Shown piece by piece: positions 12,300 through 26,000 of a DNA stretch of 64,000 bases (the stretch's first letter is position 1; each line of letters starts with the position of its first letter). The stretch covers positions 19,406,001 to 19,470,000 of the forward strand of contig JBHGNT010000002.1 in assembly GCA_043228905.1 (NCBI GenBank). The letters are read 5' to 3'. The position numbers were made by a program, and so were the translations under genes. This DNA is from Azolla caroliniana (Eukaryota > Plantae > Polypodiophyta). The notes beneath the pieces were generated by a model. The model did not search any database, was not told where the DNA came from, and saw only the letters and a list, made by a program, of their open reading frames with translations.

Positions 12300-15200
12300 T
12301 ATGTCGATTATTAAATCTAGCTTACTTCCCTTGCTTTATGCACTTTCGGGATCCTTGTCCGATTGCTCTTTTGTGTTGGTTTTGTCTAAGATTACATAGG
12401 GTCGTCATTTCACTTCATGAATGTATCTTCACCCACTTCCCCGCCATAGGCACTCGAAGTATTGTTCCCTCTAGCTGACTTAGCTGGTAAGTTCCATTGT
12501 CGAATGGTTTTCGAACCTGGTATGGTCCGAACCACTGTTTAGTGATTTCCGTATCGTTCTGTGTTGATGATCCAAACTACTATCATAGACTATGACCCAA
12601 TCTCCTTCTTCAATCTTCCGTGGTCGTAGACGGTACTTTCTGTTGAATCAATTTTTGTTCCGGAATCGCGCTTCTTGTTGTCGACATATCGCTTCAGCTA
12701 TGTCTTTCAATCTTCCTTCTAGCTGTCATATCCCAGGTCATCTCTTCCTTCCACAGTTGTACTGTCCATGTCGCAATTTCGGTTTCTGTAGGAATTACTA
12801 AAGCTTGTCCGGTCATAAGTTCTGTTGGCATATACCTGGTCGAGGAACTATGCGTTGTGCGATCCGCCCATAGTGCATACGGAAGAATTTGCGGCCAACT
12901 CTTCACCCTTCCGTCGCATGCTTTTGCAAGTGCTTTTACGATTGGACTATGTCCTCGTTCGATCTTCTCGTTTGCTTCTAGGTTGTATGTCGTGGTTAGT
13001 GTCAACTGTACTCCATGTTTGGCTAAGAATTCCCTAGCTTTATCAGAGTCAAGTTCTCCCCGAACACTTCTTCCAATAGAAATTGGCATACTGCAGAACA
13101 TGTTTTCCTCCTTAGCACCTGACCTTCTACTTGGTTCATCAGATCTTCCCGAGCTAACACCAAGTACTTCTTTTGTCTGATCCCGGTAGGCATGGCCACG
13201 ATGTCGACCATTCATTTAAAGTTGATTTTCGGTGAGAATGCCGGATGTAATTTGTCCCAGTGTTGAACTCCGGAGTAGATTTGACATTTCTCGCAGCTTT
13301 CAGTGAACTCCGCTACATCCTTGTACATATTCTTCCACTAATATTTTTGCTTGATCTTTGCAAATGTTACCCATGTTCCCCAATGTGCAGCCCAATCGGA
13401 TTCGTAAAATTTGGATATTACTTGTTTCTATTGTTCCTTTCTGCCGACTACCCAGAGTGGTGTACTATCCGGTCTTTTCGGCTCCCTCCAAATTAATCCA
13501 TTGTTCAAGAAGAACTTCCGAACTTGTCGTTTCTTCCTTTGGATCTCGACTCTCTTTTCTTTATTGTCTGATGATTCCTCGATTTCTTGTAGCACTTTCC
13601 CGATCAGTAAGCTTTCTCCCTCGTATTCGTCCTCCCAGAACTCCCGAATCACGTTCACCCAACATATGTGCTCCAAAGTAAAGTAGTCTTTGGAAACTTC
13701 TTCATTATCTGATTCAACTATGTCATCTTCGAACCGGGCCCATGATAACATATCCGCTACCACGTTATCTTTTCCCGAGATGTGTCAAACCTCCAGATTA
13801 AGTGACTTTACGTATGCAATCCATCTTAGCATAGCCACATCCGGTATCGTGCAACATCGCATCATCCTGAGTATCGGAAGACAATCCATTTCGATCACTA
13901 CTTCGGCTCCGATCAAATAATCTCGATCCGATATTATTGCCAACACGACTCCCCATAATTCTCTTTTAACTTGTCCATATCTGCGTTGCCTTTTGATGAG
14001 AACCTTTGCTCTGAATCAAATCAGGTATCGTGAACCATCCGAGTCGACTTGGTTGATGACCCTTCCGATCCCGGTTGGACTTGTATCAACCACCACTATG
14101 ATCGGTCGGTCATAGTTCAGGTTCTTAAGTTCTTTTGCCCTCCGAAGTGTTTTCTTGAGCTTCTTCATGGCTTTGGTATGTTCCGGTCTCCATTCGAACT
14201 TCTTACCCTTCTGCAACAAGTGATAGAGTGGGTTCGTAATGTGTGCATAGTGCGGAATCCATATGTGATAAAATGCACACACACCAAGAAATCTACGGAC
14301 TTCGGATTGTGGTTCGCATATTTCTTTCAGAGCTTGAATCACATCGATCTTGACTGGTGACGGTCTTCGGCCGTAGGGCCCACATAGATGTCCGACCGCC
14401 AATATCTCTTCTTCTCTGAATGTCGATTTCTCTCTGAACAGTGTTAAGTGCACATCTTCTAACTTCTATGGCACTTTCTCACAGTCGGGAATATGGTCGA
14501 CTACGAACTTACGACATCCCCGATCATCCATATTCTCATCCTTTTCTTCCACCGCACATCCTTTCATTGGAATGTCATCTAGGAACGGTATTGTTATCTC
14601 CAGGATGCAATCTCGGAGCACCTTGTTCATCACATCCATCATATGTGCGACCAAGTTCGTCGCTCCTTGTGGTAGCGTACACATCCGGACTAATCCTATT
14701 GGTGTCCGCATTGTAGTGATATCTCGGCTAATGCTTCCACAAATTCATCCAATATCGGAACGACTCCGGAGTTCCGAATCGTGACCTTGTTCACCAGTTG
14801 CAAATCTTGAATGAACCGGTGTGACCCATTCTTCTTCGAAACCGTAAACCATCGATTTGAGTATGGAGCATTTGATGGCTCTAGAATCCCCATCGCCACC
14901 TTCTCCTTGAGCAAGTCAATGATTTTCGGAATATGCGCCCGTGGCACCGGAATCGGCTTCAAGTTCCACGACACATGTTCCATCGTGAAGATCACCATCG
15001 GCTCCACTTTCTTCAGATCGTCCTTCTTCATTCGGTAAGAGGAACCCATCTCCATAGATCTGGAGTTTCTTTCGGGTCTCATTCATGTAGGTATGTCCGA
15101 TATCCACGGACTTTCGAAGTGTTGGATCTCCCGAGACTTCTTTCCTCTTTTGTTCACTATTGTCGGGTAATGGTCCCACATATGGTTTCACCTTCTTTTC

Positions 15201-17086
15201 TACGGTCTTGTATTTCATACATGCCATTGATTCTTCTTTGTGGAGCACATCCGGCCCCATTTCCGCAATGATCTCGTACATCTCGACCGATTCCACCAGG
15301 ACTACCTGATCTTCTGCGCTATTCTCTTCCACAAGCTCTTCACGTCATTGTATTGTGCTCCCATAGAACACTTCTTTGACTAATCCCATGATTTATTCGT
15401 TCTCTTTTATGATTGAATCAGATGCAGACCGTAGATCATCGTGCATCTTCCGGAGTTCTTTCTTCATTTCTCCAGTCACGGCCATGTACGTAGATGCCCT
15501 ATCTAGACTATTTCGCTCCAAGAGCTTTCTTCTTGTGTGGGGTATCAGGGCTTCTTAGATTATCACTTCCCCACTCCGCAACAGTCTGCTTTAAAAATCT
15601 GTTTTTGTTTGGGACAAGAGCTCTCTCTTGTTCCTTTCGTGATTCAATGGCACAATTAGGAATTGGACGGTTTTCCCTCCGCTTTGGCTCCGAATCCGTG
15701 CAAAAGCCGCTCCGCTATCAAGCACCTTTGTTTCCATCTGTGAAGCCGTGATAAAGGGTTACTCGAGGATCATGGAATCTGAGACCTCCTCTTGCACGAA
15801 GAAATTTTGGTCAACCTTCACATCTTTGATCTTCACCGTCACATCCGGACAAGCCGCAAATAGGTCTTCTATTGCTTTAGTGACTGCCTGGATTTGCCAT
15901 CCATGATTTTTTTTAATAGGCAACTTCCCCTTCTGGTAGAACTCCTTGGAAATCAGGTTGATCTCCAATCCATGATCAATCAATGCAACTACGGGCTCTT
16001 TGATATTTCCAATCCGGACCGGAGTCTTCGTAGTTGCCCATGCCCAGTGTGGCTTTGTGTAGTGGGAGTTCGGATCTCATCCTCTACTTCTGTATCATTC
16101 ACTAGAATGGCATTTGCATTCACCCTTGGAGCGTTTGATTCTTCCATAGCTTGTCTCTTTCTTTTCACGAGATCCACGAGGAGGTCATGGAACTCTTCTT
16201 CGCTATTCTGAGCAATTCTCAGAGGGAGAATTCTACATGACTATCAAGTCTGTCTGTTGTTTGATGTCCAAGGCGAGTTTGAATGATGGAGTCATTTTTC
16301 CTTTTCCTTTCCCTTTGGAATTCCAGCTTTCTGGCGTCTTCGATGGTCTGGCTGCATCACCCGTGCGCCGTCGCTTCTCATCTACATACACCTCATGTAA
16401 TTGACATAAGGCATATATGTTCTTCTTATCTACGGGGCACTCCCATGCCGTAGCTTCTCGGATGCCTTCCGCGGTGCTCCGGATTTCATCAGAATCGGTT
16501 TTCTCAAATATTTCTAGCACTTCCGGCCAGAAAGACGACTTCGCTCTAGATGTCTCTCCCACACATATTCCAGCGGTTGTCGCATAATTGTTTTTTTCCG
16601 AAATCTCCTCCTGTAGGACCTTCTTCATGCTGCCTTTTTAGAAGTTCGATCGAAATGACTTACGAGAGTCCATCGAATGGATCTTATTTCCCTCGTAGAG
16701 CCTCCTTGTGCTCATCACAATCCTTTCGATAATGTCCGGTGCTATCGCACCATATGCATCAACGGTCCATATACTTGGAACTTGTGGGATGGTCTTCTGA
16801 CTTCTTCACCATCGTGATTTTCAGATTCTCCATCTCCTTCAGCAACTGGTCCACCATGGTTGCATCGATTCCCTTCTCGGTCGTAGTCTCTCGAGCCTAT
16901 GGTTGATGGTCTTCCAATCCGGATCTTGGTCTCGGAATTGGTTCTGAAATCCTCTTTTCTTCATTACCAAGCCATTGCCCCCTCTTCATGTATCCTTGAT
17001 GTATTGATGAGGCTTTCTCGGTACTCGTATCCTCTAGAAGCACTCCAAGATCTTTCTGGTCCCGGACGTCCACGGCTCGTAAGAAC
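12300..17086 (-). pseudogene. Gypsy gag-pol remnant (PR, RT, RNase H, integrase) with many stops and frameshifts
   Basis: IDHGLEINL protease, LPQGATN and PFLDD RT, VVDTSPTGIG RNase H, ERGHSPIVKAL integrase. Collinear with the 20728-26301 polyprotein. Confidence 0.9.
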
Positions 17087-17609
17087 TGTCATGATATGGC
17101 AAGGCTCGAACCCATGACCTTATAGTATATGGGTCGAGCTCTTAACCATCACACCATCTATTGTAATTCATAGGATATTATTTTCCTATATTTTATGTTT
17201 TATTATAAGAAAGTAATGTATATTCCAGATTTCTCTGGAACATTCTAGAAGTTTCAGGATTACTCCTGACAACACTATAAAGGAAGGCACTAGGCATTAT
17301 GTTGAACCAAATTGGTTCAACGCCAGTCTTAAGCCTCTTAGCCGCTTTGTACTTATCTTTTCACATAATATATTAGCTGTTGTCATCATCTTTCTCTCTC
17401 TCTCATCCTCGCTATCTCTCTCTCTCCTCTTCTCACTTCCTCTCTCGAGAATCTCACGCAGTCCCGTCTTCTTAGTACTAATAGTACTTCCCTTCTTAGT
17501 ACTAATTCCATCTCTGCTTTAGTACTATTCCTGACAGTTTGAACCAATTTTTCCTTTCCTCCAGCCTACTTGTCGTTCTCCCTCATCCTCCTACCCTTTT
17601 CCCTATACT

Positions 17610-20063
17610 ATGGCTACTGTTAGTGCCCAAGAATATCAATCCGTTTTCTCCGAGTTACAGTGCCTAAAAGGAAAGTTTGTTGCCCTGGAACAACAAAACC
17701 AATGGTTGATAGGGGATCTGCAACAAAACAACAAACGCAACAACAACATGGGGAGTTAGCATTACGGGTACAACAACTCGAAGCAGCGTTGCAACAACAA
17801 GGATCAAGTCCCTAAGGATTTCATAAAGAGCCCAAGATTGGACTTCTTGTGAAATTTGATGGAACGCGATCGCAATTTTGGGGATTCCTTAATCAGGTAC
17901 GCTTAGTCATCCAGATGCATCCTTCCCGATATCCCACTGATGCATCTCGAGTCGGCCTAATAGGCACGTTACTTAGCGGCTCATCCTTGGCATGGTTCGC
18001 TCCGCTTCTAGAAAAACAATCACCCTTGCTTAATAACTTTAAAGATTTTATTGGTGAGTTTAAAGCCTGCTTTGGAGATACCGACAACATCAGGACGGCG
18101 ATCAACAAGATCGGAAGATTGTGTCAAGGCGATCGTCCAGCCTCTGCCTATGCGGAGGATTTCCGTCTACTCGCCTCAGATATTCCCTGGGATGATCAGG
18201 CCCTCATGGAGCAGTTTCACTAAGGCTTGCGCAATGATGTCAAAGATCTGCTTTTAACCTTCCCCGAAGAACCAAAGTCTCTTACAGAGGCAATTAGTCG
18301 AGCAGTCCGATGCGACAACCGCCTTTTCGAACAACGTTCGGAGCGTCAGTTACAAATACCACGCTCTCGGCCGGAACCCACATACGCCTCAGTCACAGCT
18401 AAACCATTTGCACGCGATGTACCTCAAGCCAATATTCCGACACCAATGGAGATCGACACCATGCGTCGACGCGGCCTGTTATCGGAAGAAGAAAAACAAC
18501 GACGACGTGCCAATCGATTATGCCTTTATTGCAGTGGACTAGGGCATATCGCCATGAATTGTCCCCATAGGCCAAGAAGACATGTAAATCAAATCGTCGC
18601 CTGTACTAAACCCGAGTCAATTCTTCCCTTCGGAGTGTCTGATAGTATTAATAGTACTAATAGAGTGTCAGATAGTATTCATAGTACTAATAGCCCAAGT
18701 ATCTCAAAAAAATTTGAAATCCTTAGTCAATTAGATGAAGAGTTAAACGATTGAGTCCAGCCAAAATAGGAGCCGTTTGGTTGGACAGCAGCCCTAGATC
18801 TGTACAGCCCATTAGTGGTTCCATTCCTTCCAAGCAAGTTAGCAATGTGTTCCTAGCCCAAGCCATTGTTAGTACTAAAAGTACTCCCCCAATACCCTAA
18901 ACCCTAGCACTCTTAGATTCCGGAGCTAATTCTTGTTTCATGGATCGAAATTTTGCCCAAGCTTCTCAGATATCCCTAAGAAAACTTCCTTGTCCCGCAT
19001 TTGTAGTAGTCATTGATGGTCGTCCCATTGCTTCCGGGAATATTGTAGAAGAATCAGAACCCATTCAAGTTGTCCTAGGTAGTTTTGTTTGTGTAATAAC
19101 ATTTAATATAATTAGTAGTCCAGAGCATCCCATTGTCCTAGGATTACCTTGGTTTGAATTACATAATCCAGCCATAGATTGGAGAACAAGAGAAGTCCGA
19201 TATCGACCACCCCAAGAATCTACTCACCGAGTTTCGACCATTTCACTCCATCAATTACGCGAAGAAAGACACAAGGAGGCAATGTTCCTATTTGCAATAT
19301 CAGTACATCCTTCAAGCACTATTAAGAAGGACTCCTCAGTACAACTTCCGGCAAAATATCATCCTTATGCCGATGTATTTGACAAGGTAAAAGCCGGTAC
19401 CCTTCCTCATCACCGTCCCTATGACTGTCCCATCGATTTACAACCAGGAACCGATCCACCATGGGGACCAATTTACAACTTGTCACCCACCGAATTAGAA
19501 GTCCTTCGAGCCTACATAAAGGAGAACTTGGCAAGCGGGTTCATCCGTCATTCGAGATCTCCGGCCGGTACACCCATCTTCTTTGTCAAGAAGAAAGATG
19601 GCTCACTTCGTCTCGTCGTTGATTACCGCGGATTGAATAAGGTCACCATCCGGAATAGGTATGCACTTCCTCTTATATCAAGTCTTTTAGAGCGAGTTAA
19701 TGGTGCCAAGTTTTTTACCAAAATTGATCTACGAGGAGCGTATAACCTCGTGCGGATCCGACCGGGAGATGAATGGAAGACCGCCTTTCGCACGCGGTAT
19801 GGGCATTTCGAGTATACTGTTATGCCGTTCGGCCTAACCAATGCACCCACCGTCTTCCAACACATGGCAAATGATATATTCAGAGACCTCTTGGATATCT
19901 GTTTGATCATCTATCTTGATGATCTATTGATTTATTCGAAGACCCAGGAAGAGCACGATTCTCATGTACTATTAGTACTAAAGCGACTCCGCGAGAATGG
20001 TCTTTATGCCAAGCTAGAAAAATGTAGCTTTGACTGCAAGCAAGTGGAATTTCTAGGCTATGT
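17610..20063 (+). pseudogene. Chromovirus gag and PR-RT (5' part), disrupted
   Basis: ORFs 17849-18223, 18227-18754 and 18940-20063; premature stops; RT cut at ..VEFLGY by the insertion. Confidence 0.88.
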
Positions 20064-23000
20064 TGTCGTGAAGAAAACCGTCCCCTGGCGCAATTGGTGA
20101 ATAGCGCACATGAACCGGCCCTTCACGTGTGCGCGCTCTTAATGTATATAATAGAGAATTAGGTACAGAGAGAGATCCGGGGTAGTTAGATTCGGTAGGT
20201 AGGAAGTAAATGAGGGAGACGACTCCCTTCTTGACGCTATAAAGGAGAGGGAGACGCAGGGAGAAGGGATCGCGCATTGAGGAGGACGAAGTGCTGTCGG
20301 ACCGGAACCGAACGCTTCTCCTCTGTCTGTTCTCTGTTGCTCTTCTCTGCAGGTTTCAGGAGGCTCGCACTGCTTCGAGGAACGCCCGTGTGCTTCCGGC
20401 AGCACCTCCATCCTATCCCCATTTCGTGCGCAGACGAACAGGCATCGGCATCTGTTCGCCGGCCTGTTCGGTTGTAGCTGTCGCATGTTCTGTTGTGTAC
20501 TTGTTATTCGTTAATATACAAACACTTGTCTCTCCCTGTCTCTGTGTCCATTCGCGTCTTCTGTGTTGACGGGCCACGCCCCTGTGTTTCTTTGCTCATA
20601 CATGACTGGGCGTCTCTCTCCTTCTCTTTCCCCTTCTATCACTTGCTCTTCGGTTCAAGACCCCAGTGGTCCCGCCTTGTTTCTCCACGCACGCGCGTAA
20701 CAACGCGACATATTTGGTGAACCCGACGTGAAACAGGCGGTAGAGGAGCAGAAGATGAGGGGGTCGGATCTTGCAGAGGCCATGGCTTCGGCCGTGGACC
20801 GAATAGTGAGCGCGCGCGAGGGCACCGGCGCCCTTGACAGGGCTATTGAGGCGATCGTCGGTATGATCGGCCGGTTCAGTGGAAAGGATGCCACGAGTTA
20901 TTTGGCGTCTTATCGGGCGGAGATGTTGATGAGGGATATTCCGGAAGAGAGGCGTCTTGCCAGATTCCCTCGAGTGGCGATGCCAGGCATCCATGCGGAT
21001 GTACTCGAGGTCCGGGCGGAGAGCCGGACCTGGGAAGAGTTTGAAGGACGGCTCCTGGAGAAATACGGGTTGGATGACGCGCTTCGACTTTCGAAGCGGA
21101 GCTTCATGGAGTGGGTGGAGTCCCCCAACAAAGGACGAAATGTGTCGGTACTCCTCCAGGAGTTTGAGGAACGCTTTGCGCACCTTTCGGCGCTCGATCG
21201 GACTGTTTTGGACACAAGTCGTGTCCTACTGTTTGTCAAATCGGTTGACGCACGGGATCGGGGGCAAGTTGGCTCCTTACTGGAAACCGAAGACGGGCTG
21301 ACGACCGACTAGGCCGCGGTAAAGAGAGTCTGCGGCCGTTTTGACAAACGGTGGGAGTGGGCTGATACAGAGGCGACCGGGGCGGGACCTGTCGCAGCAA
21401 GGAAGCTCGAACCGATACCGCAGGCACGAAGGGAACAGACCCTGGAGTGGCTCGAAACCGGTTCGCCTTCGACCGGCGTGATCAGAGGCTCGTCCGGGGG
21501 AACAGCTCTGGAGGAGTTGACACGAGCGGTAAAGGATCTCCAGATCGCCCAGGCTCGGAGGGAAGGCGGCGATCAGGCTCGTGACCGACGGCCTCCGGTA
21601 GGAAGTAGGTGCATGTGGTGCGACGAGGTCGGCCACATCCGGAAAGACTGTGGGGACTTTATGGAGGCTTTGAGAAGGCGGGTAGTGTACCTGTGGGAAG
21701 GTCGGGTGCACGCCAGCGATACCCGGAGGGCCCTGAACCGAAACGACAGGAGAGGAGGAATGAAAAGGCTGATGGAAGAGGCGGAAGCCCGGTACGCGGA
21801 GACCGTCCACTACTCAGCGTCAGCCGGTATTCGGGTCGGGGGCAGCGGGGCCCGGAAGGAGAGCAAAGCCGAATTCTGGCCGACGGTGCTGGAAGGCCTC
21901 TCCGGTGCCCGACTGAAGAGAGACGAGGCGGACCGCGCGGAGAAGCGGGTCCAGGAGGTAACCGGATGGAGTGACCCGGTTGAAGAAAAGACGGGTTTCG
22001 TCGAAGCAGCTTGCCAGAACTACGAGGCTCTGGTTGAAGACAAACGGGTAGGTAAAAACGGAGGGGCCGGACCCTCACAGAGATACGAAACCCGATTCGG
22101 GCCGAAACGGAACGAGGCCGGTGAGTCCAGTGCCCGGGATATCCACAAGAAGGGCGGATACCGGTTGGGCACGGAGATCGAAAGGACCACGGACCTACGA
22201 AAGGTCCTGGAAGAACGAATCCTCGACAGCAAGGTGGAATTGTCGTTGCGAGAGGTGCTCGGGATAGCCAAGAAGGAGTTCCACGACTCCATCGTGGACT
22301 TGGTGAAGAGGAAGAGGCTGTCGACGGAGGTAGAACCAAACAGGCCGATGGAAGTGCGGACGGCACACATAGAGGACATGGCGCTGGAAGACGAGTGGGC
22401 GGAGAGCCACTATTCGAGGCCACACTAGGCCCGAGCGACCACGGAAACCCCGGTGAAAATCGGAGATGTTCAGGAACCGGTGGTGGCACTGGTGGACCAC
22501 GGTTCGGAAATAAACCTGATGTCCATGGACTTCTACAAAAAGGGGAAATGGCCGATCAACACTAAGCACGGATGGAAGATACAGGCGGCGACGCGCGCCA
22601 CCGAGGAACTACACGGGGCCTGCCCAAACATACGAGTCAAGATCGGCGACGTCGAAATAGACCAGCACTTCTTTGTGCAGGAAACGTCCTCGCACCCTGT
22701 CATTCTAGGGGAACCGTACATTACGGCGGCATGAATGGAGACCAAGGTGCTGGACAACAGGTCGGCTTACGCGAGGGTCAAGAGCCAGGACGGGCGTCAT
22801 TCGGTTCAGTTCCTGACGGTATGACCCAACCACGAGTGAAACCGCGAGTCCCTCGGTGGCGAGAACCGAGAGGATTTTTAAAGAGGGCTGTCGAGGCGTG
22901 GGGTTGCAACAGTCCCGACACTCCGGGATAACCCCACAAATGTACGATAAAAGCGAAACCGAAGAATCCTTGTACCATAAGTAGGAAGTTTTGTTTCTCT

Positions 23001-26000
23001 GACAACGGAGGGTGTACGATAGTCGGCGTCGTAGGCCGAGAAAAGACAAGGGCGGAAGAGCGACTTCGGGCGTGCGGAGTTCTCGGGCCCAGCGAGGAAA
23101 TCAACGGAGCCGTGGAGGCGGTCTCCTTCGACGATACCTTGGGAATACTGCGAGAGGTGGTCGGAGAGGGCCTTAAAGAGGACCGGACGATACCGGTTTG
23201 TTCAGAAGAGATGTATGAAGTCATCGCGGACTTCAGTCGAGGGCTCGAGTCGGATCGGACGGCCCGGGTTAACACGAAGTACAAGACTGTGGACCGGAAG
23301 GTAAGGCCAGTCGCAGCACCCTTACCGGAGGGCAGCGAGTTACGAATCAAGGGGGTCGCGTCGGACCCCAGTTTACGAGATCCAGCCTGCATAGGCACGC
23401 CTTCACTGACAGAACGCTACGGGAGCTCAAGGTCGGTGGGGGCGGGTTCCTACTGCCGGCGGAAGAAGACCGGTTTCGGAGAATGCTCAGAAGGCACGAG
23501 AAAGCCTTCGCATTCTCGCCGGGAGAGATCGGGTGCATAGACCCGGCAGTCGTGAAGCCGATGGTGATATTAACGGTACCGCATGTGCCGTGGAATCTCA
23601 AACCAATTTCGGTACCGAGAGCTCACATCCCGGAGCTGATGGAGCTATTAAGGCAGGAAGTTGATAAGGGCATCCTCGAACCGTCGAGTGCCCCGTACTC
23701 GAACCGGTGGTTTACTGTACCGAAGAAGAACGGGACGTTCCGCTTCATTCAAGACCTGCAACCGGTCAACAGAGTGACCATTCGGAACACAGGAATCGGA
23801 CCAACGATAGACGAGTTCGCGGAGGCCTTCGCCGGAAGGTTGATCTACTCGGTCGGTGATCTGTACTCGGGGTACGATCAGTTCCAACTAGCCGTAGAGA
23901 GCAGAGACATTACGACGATGCGGACTACTCTCGGCCTAGTGCGGATGTGCACCCTGCCGCAAGGAGGGACGAACTCGGTGGCCCACATGGTGAATGCGAT
24001 GAACAAGGTGCTGAGGGATTGTATCTCGGACATCACCATGCCATTCTTGGATGACATCCCAATCAAGGGATGTCCCGTGGAGGAAAAGGACGAAACGATC
24101 GGACCGGACGGATATCGGAAATTCGTGGCGACACACATTGACGACTGCGAGAGGGTGCTGCAGAGGCTAGAGGACGCGAGGCTCACCTTCTCCGGGGAAA
24201 AATCGGCCTTCGGGCAATCAGAGATCATGGTCGTCGGACATCTATGCGTACCGTATGGCCGGAAACCGTCTCCAGCAAAGGTGGAAGCCATCTCCGCAAT
24301 GAAGACCGACTGTAACTCGGTCACGGAGGTACGGAAGTTCTTGGGAGCATGCGCGTTCTACCACATATGGATTCCCCATTACGCCCACGTTGCCGAGCCG
24401 CTATATTGGTTGCTAAAAAAGGGGCGAAAATTCGAGTGGCGAGACGAGCATACGGAGACGGTGCGACAGATGAAGGAGGCTCTTGCTGCGGCTCCGGCAC
24501 TCCGGAAGGCTATCTATGAGAAAGGCACTCCCGTCTACATAACGGTAGATACGAGTCCGACCGGGATCGGATGGGTCGTCAACCAAGAAGACGAGGACGG
24601 CATCCGGTTCCCAATCCGGTTCGGCGAGAAGGTCCTCAGCGAGCGACAGCAAGGATACGCCCAGGTTAAACGCGAACTCTGGGGTATCGTTTCGGCAGTA
24701 AAGGCCGATAAAGACTATCTGATTGGGACAGAGGTGATTATCGAGACGGACTGCCTGCCGATTCTCGGCATGGTTTCCGGATGCGCAACCCCGGACCTGG
24801 CGATGCTCAGGTGGATAGCGTACATCAAGTCCCTGGATCCGGAAATACGACTCATTTCCGGGAAAGACAATGCCATGGCCGACATGCTTTCGAGGGCGCG
24901 ATTCAACGACGAGGGCGGCATGGTTTCGGAGGACGAGGAAGTCGGCGTAGACTTCTTCGAGGCGGCTTATGTAACAACCGAGGGGGGCAGCACTCCGGCG
25001 CTTAACGATTTCAACAAGAGCAAGTACGACGGGGAGTGGCTGCAGATTGGGGGATTCTTAAGGACAATGATGCCGGACGCATCGTGGACAAGGGACGAGG
25101 CCAACCGGATCCGGAAGAAAGCGTACCGGATCCGGAAGGAGGAACAGGAGGAATTGCTGAAGGCCTACCATGACAGCCCCTGGGCTGGGCACCGTGGGAC
25201 GTGGGCCACGTTCGAGAAGCTAAAGGGGAAGTACTGGTGGCCGGGACTGTACCGGGACCTGCATCGGTACGTGACAACTTGTGAGAGCTGTCAAGTGCAC
25301 TCCATAGTCCGACATCGGGACGAGCTTCACCCCACATACCCTCTGGCCATCCACTTCAAATGCATGGTAGATTTGGTGACGATGCCGATGGGCGTAGGAC
25401 AGATGCGATATTTGGTGTTGGCCCGGGAGGACCTGACAAACCAGGTGGAAGGCCGAGCCCTGCAGAACAAAACGATTGCGTCCGTGTGTCGGTTCCTGAT
25501 CGAGGACGTGATATGTCGGTACGGGTGCGTCGGAAAGATCGTGGCTGACCGCGGGGAGTTGGACGCCGAAGAGGCCGAGGAGTTGTTCAACCGGTTAGGG
25601 GTCAAGCTCTCGCTCACCACAGCGTACAATCCGGAGGCAAATGGGAAGGTAGAGCGCGGGCACGGGCCAATCATCAAAGCGCTAGTCCGGGCATGCGGAG
25701 ACCAGGTCGGGAACTGGCCACGGCTGTTACCTTACGCCTTGTGGGCGGACCGGATAACGCACAGTTCGGTAACCGGGTTCATGCTGTCAGAGCTCATGTT
25801 CGGACAGAAGACGATCATGCCGACGGAACGGACGATCTCCTCTTGGGCGATAGTAGACTGGAGTGACGAAATGAGTCGGGAAGAACTGCTTGCGGCGCGT
25901 ATACGGCAGCTCGAGCGGAGGCCAGAGGACGTGGAACGAGCGGCGGAGAGACTTCAGGCAGCGAGGATGAAGTACAAAGCCCGGTTCGACCGGACGCACC

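Noticed and set aside
17087-17160. Functional tRNA gene
   Set aside because: A/B boxes are present but I cannot build a convincing cloverleaf, and the sequence is part of both LTRs; kept only as tRNA-like.
18700-18720. A AAA AAA slippery site for a gag-pol -1 frameshift
   Set aside because: The -1 frame meets TGA two codons later.
21659-22489. 276-aa antisense ORF in the Gypsy gag and similar shadow ORFs
   Set aside because: GC-rich antisense shadow of real coding sequence; no independent signal.
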